Positions 55,440 to 64,000 of a stretch of DNA of 64,000 nucleotides are shown here, piece by piece. The stretch's first letter is position 1, and each line of letters begins with the position of its first letter. This DNA is from the human T2T-CHM13v2.0 reference genome, Homo sapiens: NCBI RefSeq assembly GCF_009914755.1, contig NC_060937.1. One strand, given 5' to 3'. The notes under the pieces were generated by a model, which was given only the letters and a program-made list of their open reading frames with translations, searched no databases and was not told the DNA's origin. A program made the translations under genes and the position numbers.

Positions 55440-56247
55440 TATCAAAAGTTAGAAGATTTAATTCAGCAAACATTTATGGATCATCTACTTTGTACTGTGA
55501 TCTACATTACCTTTAGGATCACTTGCCGTCAGCAATGTTGTGATTTGGGGATCATTATAAGAGAGAGTTCATATAGAAGGCTGAAAATTGTGAGTAATAA
55601 TCATACGGTGTAGTCTTCTGGATTAAAACAATGATTTATTTCTCATGGAGAGTGAGACAGAAACAGCCCTGGCCATATCTCTATGGTTTAATTCATTCTG
55701 GAAACAAATAAATGAGACATGCATATAGAGGGGAATCTGTGAAATCATTGCTGGGAAATGAAATTTACAACAAAGGCAAGATAAGAGTTGCATTTTAGAA
55801 ACATTGATAAGTGAATGTCAAATCATACATGAGACAGTTTTGTTACTTTGGCAACATAGACATTATTCTTTATTTCTGATAAGCAGTGTTACTTTAATTC
55901 CCACCTGTGGCTTTTGTCTCTGTGTCTCCAAGGGACATTAATGCTTAAATGAAAACTAATCAACATTTTAAACTGTAATATACACATTGATTTAGGGGAA
56001 ATATGTTTCTTTAATATTGTTCTCAATGCATTGTAGAAAATTATCCAGGTGATTCCTTTACTTACATTTCTTTAAAGGGTAACCTTTTGAATTAAATAAA
56101 AAAATTTAGTTATATTTTCTCTTTTCAAACGGTTGAAATGGATGAAATATAAGCTTGATACTATGAACAGAAGTTTTGCAACAGAATTATTTATTTTGCT
56201 ATTTTATAAGATGAGTTTAAAAACCAGGTAGGGGGACAAGAACGTGA

Positions 56248-58160
56248 TTTTTGGAAAAAATAACAGCTTTATCATGTTATAATTTACACACAATAAAGCT
56301 CACCATCTTGAATATACAGTACTGTGGTTTTAATATATTAATAAAGTTGTGCTTTGATCACCACTCTCGATTTCTTGAACATTTTAGTATCACTCCCAAA
56401 GAAACCCTGTATCCACTAGTGGTCACTCCGTATTGCCCTGGTTCCCTATCCCTTGGCAACTACTAATCTACCTTCTGTCTCTATAGATTTGTATATTTCT
56501 TTACTTAGTGTAGTATGTTCAAGGGTCATCTACACTGTAGCACATGGAAGAATGCCATTCCTTTTTATTGCCTAATAATTTTCTATTGTGTGAACATGCC
56601 ACTTTTTGTTTATCTGTTCATCATTTGATAGACATTTGAGTTGTTTCTGCTCTTTGCATATTATGACTAATGCTGTTATGAACATTTGCTTATATGTTTT
56701 TATGTGAGGGACATATGTCTTCATTTTTAGTGAGTGAATACCTAGGAGTGGATCGTACGGTAGTTCCATATTTGACTGTTTGAGAAACATCCAGATTGTT
56801 TCCTGAAGCATCTGTGGCATTTTTCAGTGCTACTAGCAATGCATGAGGGTTCCAGTTCTCCACATCCTCAACAATACTTGCTATTTGTCCCTTTGATTAT
56901 AGTCATCGCAGTGGTCATAAAGTGGTATCTCATTGTGGTTTTGGTTTGTATTTTCCTGATGGCTGACAATTTTGAGCATTAGCTCTTTGTAGGAGCTGAT
57001 TGTTTGTATATCTCTTTTGAAATGTCTATTCAGATTTCTTATTCATTTTTAAATGAGGTGATTCATCTTTTTATTTGTGTATTGTAAGGAGTATTTATAT
57101 ATTTGGAATATGGGCCCTTTAGTCAATATATAATTTGCAAATATGTTCTCTCATTCTGTGTATTGTCTTTTCACTTTCTTGATGCTGTCCTTTGATGCAC
57201 AAAATTTTTCAAATTTTGTTGTTGTTGATTTATCTTTTTTCATTTGTCACTTGTTTCTTTGGTGTTATAGCTAAGAATCCAAGATTATGGATCTTTACTC
57301 TTGTTTTCTTATATGAGTGTTTATAGTTTTAGCTCTTACATTTAGGTCTCAGATCCTGTAGCCTTATTTTTTTGGTGATAATTTTTGTATATTTTGTGAA
57401 GTAGGGATCCAGCTTCATTTTTTTTTGTACGTAGATACTCAGTTGTGGCAGAATCATTTGTTGAATACACTGTAATTTCCTCCATTGAATGGCCATGGCA
57501 CCCTTAGCCATACGGACAAGGATTTATTTCTGGACTCTCAATTCTATTATTGTCTGTTTATGCTCATGCTAGTAGTACAGTGCCTTGGTTACTACCATTT
57601 TGTATTAAGACTTGAAATTGAGGAGTGAGTCCTGCAAATTTGTTCTTTTACAAGATCATTTTTACTATTTGCGTTCCCTTGCATTTCCAAACCAATGTTA
57701 TAATGAGCTTGTCAATTTTTTTAAAGGGTGGCTGAGATTTTGACAGAAATTGTATTCAATCTTTGGATCAATTTTGGAGTGTTGCCACCTTAACACTATT
57801 TAGTCTTGTGATCCATGATCATGAGATGTCTTTACACTTATTTAGGTCTTTAATTTAGTTCAATAATATTTTGTAAATTTCAGCGTACGCCTCTTACACT
57901 TCTTTCGTTACATTTATTCCTAGGTACTTTATTCCTAATTTCATTTTCAGGTTACTCTTTGTTAGTGTGTAGAAACACAAGTGCTTTTCTTCTGTTAATT
58001 TCAGAATTAACAGCCTTGCTAAACTCATTTATTAATTATATAATTAACAAATTTTAAGGATTTTCTATATACAAGATTATACATCTCTGAATATTGTATC
58101 TTTATTTCTTCCTTTCCAAACTGGATGCTTTTTAATTTCTTTTCCTTGCTTAATTGCCCT
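56248..58160 (-). mobile_element. L1MB-like element (3'UTR and ORF2 end)
   Basis: AACAGCTTTAT...ATAATTTACACACAATAAA 3' end. ORF 56572..56820 (MELPYDPLLGIH...KWHVHTIENY) and ORF 57329..57511 (KLDPYFTKYTKI) are degenerate ORF2p. Confidence 0.85.
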
Positions 58161-58531
58161 TCTGAGGGTCTAATTAAAAACAAGAATTAATTCACCAAAG
58201 ATAAAATGCCAACTAATTCGTTGTTTCTCCTATATTTTACTACAGTTAATTTGAGAATCTGTTCATAGAGGATCCTAAAATATAGCACAATGCAGTTTAT
58301 ATTAATCAAATCAAAAGTAACCTATCATGAAGAAATAAAGTTAAATTTAGAGGTATATTAGTTGCATTCTACTTGATTCATAGGCCTAAGTTAATGGGTA
58401 AGAAATCTCTTGCTCAGGAATAGAAGGCAAAACCACAGAAAATAAAAGAAAAGAAACAAAAGCACCAGGTGGCATGGAATGTTTAAAATATACTGAGATT
58501 CATATATTTTGTATTTTCCTTTTTGTTACAG

Positions 58532-58582
58532 GAAATTATAGACCCCAAATTGAGATGTATGAAACAAAGAGTTGTGTAGCAA
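58532..58582 (+). other. Candidate 51-nt internal exon of an unidentified host gene
   Basis: Strong acceptor TTTTGTATTTTCCTTTTTGTTACAG|G and donor CAA|GTGCGT. Length divisible by 3, open only in phase 1 (NYRPQIEMYETKSCVA). Peptide not recognised. Confidence 0.35.
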
Positions 58583-60779
58583 GTGCGTTTGTAATAATCA
58601 AATAGTATTTATTTTCATTTTACGCAATTTACCATATGGAGGTTTTCTAAATCTATTTAAGACGTCTTTGTTACGTGCATTTTTGAAACGTGCTTTGTGG
58701 TCTGTAAGTCTGCTTGCATTTTAGAGTACAAGAGTGCATAGCTGGTTTTCCTTAGGAGACCGTAAATGTGACCAAGAGCCTAAGGACTTGGCTCAGTGTT
58801 ACCCATGACAGACAGGCACTCATCCTGATAGCCAGGTGGAGATTTTCTGACTTTGATCACTTCGTACATGCATGTTACAATACTGGCAATTGTTTTATTA
58901 AATATTTCTTTAATGCATAATCTTCATTTTCATTTTAGCAAGGGCATGGAGACATACGTAGTTTGATTTCTCATAATTAAATCCTGGAGTCCCACCTTTC
59001 ACTGATGTATCATTTTATTAGAAATTGGACAAAAAACTTTAGGTTCTCAATTAAACCAATATATTGAAATCACTGTGCTTTTTTAGTTAACTGATATGAT
59101 TACTATTGTGAAACTTATCAGTCAATAATCATGTAGCAGAGATGCTTTTAACTAGATAAGTACTTACTGGTTTGATATACTTTGTGTTGTAAAAAGTAAT
59201 AAATCATTAGTTATTATATAGAAATTAGAATGTTAATTTTCTAGTTTTTACCAATATCTGATTATTTCTATCCATTCAGTCATCTATTCAATTATATCTA
59301 AGATACTTTTAATAATAAACTTCCAATCGATTTGCAGGCTTTATGCTATCCTGCAATAATTCTAACTTAAATTATTATATTTTAAAATTGACTTGCTATT
59401 TCCAAATGTGATAGCATATATGTTTGTAGTGTAATTAAGTAATAAAAAGAGCCCTAAAATAATGTTTAGTCATATGTGGTTTTATGTTTTAATTAATCAT
59501 TCGGCAATAAGAATGCGGCTCATGGTAGAAACAGTGTTTCTAAATGGTGGCTGCATTGTGCTATTAGCCCACAGAGTGTTGTTTCAATTGTCAGTGTGAC
59601 TAAAATTATATTAGATCACATTTCTCCCTAACACAGCTAATGCTGGAATAACTTATTTGGAAATTAGCTACATATTGTGTGCCCTGTATTTGAATGTCAC
59701 AAGACTTATTTGTGTAGAAAACAGAACACTCACCAAGGTGTATTCTTTACAGTGGGTTTTGAATCATTTAACTATTTTCCTTGTTTAGACTCTTAGAGCA
59801 AATTGGTTTTAACTTAATCCTGGGAAAAGATGCACTTTTGTACAAAAAAAGTATTACAATTTTGTAAATATTTCAGAAAATGTGGTGCTTATGGATCCAG
59901 GGTGTGTTATCTCCTTCAGCATCTGCCATAGCAACAGTTTTTTTGGGTTATTCTCTCACTACTTGATGTAAAATGTAGTTCATTCTTTACATTATCATCC
60001 TTGTTTTAATAACAGATATCATTTTCCGTAGGATATTTTTATCACTTTAGGAAGTGAAACTGTTTTTAGTTCTCCAAGAATCTATAATTAATTGTTGTGA
60101 AACAGATACCCTAGTTAAATCAGGTATGTCAGTATACCTTATGCAAATTGTCTCACTGGTATTTGTTTGTAATCTCACAGAAATCAATTTGACAAAAGGC
60201 TGTATATTCTGAAAGATTTTTGTCTCTAATCCCGAGTATGCTGTGAACCTCTTTTGGGAATATTATAATTTTCTGCTTAGAATAATATATCCTTAAGTTT
60301 TTCCATGTTAAGATAATACTTCCTTGCATATTATCATAACCATTTTCTCTTTTTTGCAGGTTTTATATTACTAGTTATACTTTTTTGAATTACCATTTTA
60401 TTTAAAATACATTTGAATCTTTGCCTTTGAAAACAATGTCAAACTTGAAATATTGCTTAATTTCTTGTAGTCTATTAAATTGAATGTATGTATATAATAA
60501 ATTAAATGATAATGAAATACAGATAATTATAGCTTAGTAACTCAAAAATTCTTTGAATTTGTCAATTCTGTGTTAGCGATGACTATTGCTATGACAGAAA
60601 TTTTAGGGAAATGTACTTTCATTTTAAAGCACTCATCAATATTTAAGAAACATTAATTGTGCATTACTTTCAAAGATCTAATGAATTTGTAGAGTTATTC
60701 TTCAATAAATAAATACATTAAAATATACATACAGCATATGTAATAAACACAAATTTTCTTATAGTTTCCAAGTCAGGAA

Positions 60780-62140
60780 TTATTAAACAGCAGTATGGTA
60801 AAGGCAAAGAGGTATTTACAGCTTGATGTGATAACACAAAGAAGGGGCAGTTAGCCCCCCCTGGAGATGTTCTATCTGGAGAAGAACAACAGTAATGGAA
60901 GGCTTTTTAAAGGAATTAATTCTTAGACTAAGTTTTAAAATACGACTAAAATTAACCAAATAATGAATTTATGGGAAGGAAGAGAAGGACATTCTAGCAG
61001 AAAGGGGAGTCCCACAGGTATGAAAGCACAGGTGGAAAAAAAGCTTATGTGGGACAGGCGGTGGCATCATAAGATTTTGTTCTAGCCAAAAGCATAATCC
61101 AGCCAAACTTGAGGTTCAGTAGACCCATTCTGATAGCTCATGTTAGATAGAGTTGGGAGGATCCCATTAGATCTGATGACCAGTCAGGAGTCGTAGTAAG
61201 GGACAGATTTCGGGCTCTTGAGAAGATGGAAAATATTACATGACCATTCATCTCAGATGCTGGACATAGTCTTGTTTATGCTATTTACTTCATTTTCATT
61301 ATTAATAGCTCTCTGTACACTCCTTTAGTCCCCCAAAGTTTCTTGATTTCGTAGATAATTTATATAGTTACCTTGGACATGTTCCAAATTTGTTTATGAA
61401 TAAGTTTAATTGAGTGTTGAGAAAGCAAAATGACCCTCAGATTCCTGGTACAATCCACCAGGTGGACAGTGATGCCACTAGTGAAAACAGGTGAGGCGGT
61501 TTGATGGGGTTCAGGCAGGAGGTGGGGTACAGTAATGGTTAGTTTATTCTTGTAGCTGTTGTACCTGTCAGGTTTGAGATTTTTGCAGTTCTTCATATAT
61601 ATTTGTCCAGGTAATGATGGGGTATATGATTCTGAAGCTCAGGGAAGAGATCTGGAATGGAATTCAGACTTAAGACAGATTATTATATCAGCAAGATCAT
61701 TATCTGTTATCTTTCTTGGATAAACTTGGAATTAAGAAGAGAAAATGACTAACTATGGAAACCTGGGAAATATGTACACTTTAGGGTAGGTGGAGGAAGA
61801 ATAGGCATAAAAGGCGGAGAAAATAATAAGCCAAGCAAGAAAATTGTTGCATGAATGTGACCAAGAAAGAGAATTTCAAAAATAAAGATATCCCTCAGTG
61901 TAGTAGAGACAAGTGGTAAGAAAATAATCTAAAGTAATCTGTGGGATGTGTCAATAATGTGGTGTTGGTGGCTCAACAGGAATCATTTCAGTTGGGTAGA
62001 ACTGAACTCAGGAGAGGATGGGAGGTGAGCAAATGTCACAGTGAAGGTAGATTATATTCTGAGGAATTATACATGACAAGGAAGAGACATATGTAGCTCC
62101 AAATGTTCATGGCCTGCAGTGGTCAAGGAAGATTTTATTT
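60780..62140 (-). mobile_element. LINE-2 relic, fragmented
   Basis: Motifs such as AAATGACCCTCAGATTCCTGG, GGACAGTGATGCCACTAGTGAAAACAGG, TCTGAAGCTCAGGGAAGAGATCTGGA and AATCATTTCAGTTGGGT. Boundaries approximate. Confidence 0.6.
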
Positions 62141-62441
62141 TTAAGAAACATAAATATTTTTATAGATGCACAATTCCCAAACTGTGTTTTTGGAATACTG
62201 TTAACAGGTGATACATGAAGAATTTATTTTCTAACCAATGAAGTCACAAAAACTCTGGATTTAATAAAGTAAAAGAGATTTCTGAACATCCATTAGTTTC
62301 TCAGCAGCCATTGATGTGCTAATAAACATTGTTTATATCCAAAATAGGAAAAACAATATGCAGTGATTTCTAAATATTTTGGCAACTGACTGCTCTTTTC
62401 CAAAACAAATCTATTAACTCCATAGTGTAAGAGACCATCTT

Positions 62442-62828
<387 letters not shown>

Positions 62829-62982
62829 TTACAGCAGGGCTGATACCTCGCAGTTTGCTCACTCCCTTATTCATTGTTTGTGGCCAGAGGCCATTCTAAC
62901 TAGTGTTAAATATCTTGACTGTCATTTTCATAACATCACAGTCCAAATATGAGTATTGAAGGAGATCATTATTGCAAGATTC

Positions 62983-63198
62983 TTTTAAATTTTTAAATTT
63001 TTTTTTAACTTTTATTTTAAGTTCAGGGATATATGTCCAGGTTTGCTACATAGGTAAACGTATGTCATAGGATTGTGTTGTACAGACTGTTTTCATTACC
63101 CAGGTACTAAGCCTAGTTATTTTTCCTAATCTTCTCCCTTCTCCCATCCTCTACCCTCAGACAGGCCCCAATGTGTATTTTCTCCTCTGTGTGTTCAT
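62983..63198 (-). mobile_element. Short 3' fragment of an older L1PA (L1PA13-16-like)
   Basis: AACTTTTATTTTAAGTTCAGGG...ACATAGGTAAAC...TGTACAGAC...ACCCAGGTACTAAGCCTAG. Confidence 0.82.
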
Positions 63199-63752
63199 TA
63201 ACATAGCGCCTGCTAGTAAACGTGTGTTATTAATAATTTCTTAATATTATTGCTGTTATTATCTGAAGGAATACCTTTAAGAAACCCTTGGGTAACATGA
63301 GTGTAGAACTATATTTGGAGGAGGAACGAGGGGGTAAGGAAGACACAGAAAGTTGAAAAAGAACAGTTTTGGATTGAGGGTTGATCATGTATCTTCCCTG
63401 TCCATACCCCTTGTTGCTTTTACTTGACCACATCATTTGTATTGGAACACTGTGCTGTTCAGGAAAGAAGTAGGATGACATTTAAAAACATGATATTTTT
63501 CTTTCTTCATTTTGTAGAAGCAGTAACGTGAAATCCGCATGTTCTAGGGGAAATAATAGTAGTCACTTAAGCTTATCAAAACCAAATTAAAATTAAAATT
63601 GTTTTGAATCTGTTTTATTTACTGAAAATTTTAGAGACAAAGTACTATCATCTGTCTTCTCTACCTCATCATACTGCCAAGGCATTTACAAGTTAAACAA
63701 TAAAAATAAACAAAATCTATAACATATATATTATTTATTTACATATACACAC

Positions 63753-64000
63753 TTTTTTATTATACTTTAAGTTCTAGGGTACATGTGCACAACGTGCAGG
63801 TTTGTTACATATGTATACATGTGCCAAGTTGGTGTGCTGCACCCACTAACTCGTCATTTACATTAGGTATATCGCCTAATGCTATCCCTCCCCCCTCCTT
63901 TCACCCCACAACAGGCCCCGGTGTGTGATGTTCCCCTTCCTGTGTCCAAGTGTTCTCATTGTTCAAATCCCAACTATTAGTGAGAACATGTGGTGTTTGG
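63753..64000 (-). mobile_element. L1PA (L1PA4/5-like) 3' end, continues beyond the window
   Basis: TTTTTTATTATACTTTAAGTTCTAGGGTACATGTGCACAACGTGCAGG 3'UTR. Confidence 0.93.

Noticed and set aside
62170-62425. Possible hAT-Charlie fragment
   Set aside because: Only vague resemblance; termini and TSD could not be established.

Overview
This is AT-rich primate (human-like, hominoid) non-coding genomic DNA, not microbial. It is dominated by interspersed repeats: about ten Alus, several L1s, two near-full-length Tigger1 DNA transposons in opposite orientation, solo LTRs (LTR12C/ERV9, MER52A, two THE1, MLT1), hAT MITEs and MIR/L2 relics. I see no intact protein-coding gene, RNA gene or CRISPR array; the longer ORFs in the track are L1 ORF2 or Tigger1 transposase remnants, or chance ORFs in Alu or GC-rich LTR sequence. 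All L1s and the large LTRs lie on the - strand, which suggests the window is inside an intron of a + strand gene, and one 51-nt candidate exon (58532-58582) fits that. I found no convincing new biological system. The most unusual items are mechanistic footprints: an AluJ-L1 chimera with a 3' transduction inside one TSD pair, a 67-bp local templated insertion, a twin-primed L1, a perfect 85-bp tandem duplication and several nested insertions. Repeat subfamily names were assigned by eye from remembered consensus sequences and need RepeatMasker/Dfam confirmation.
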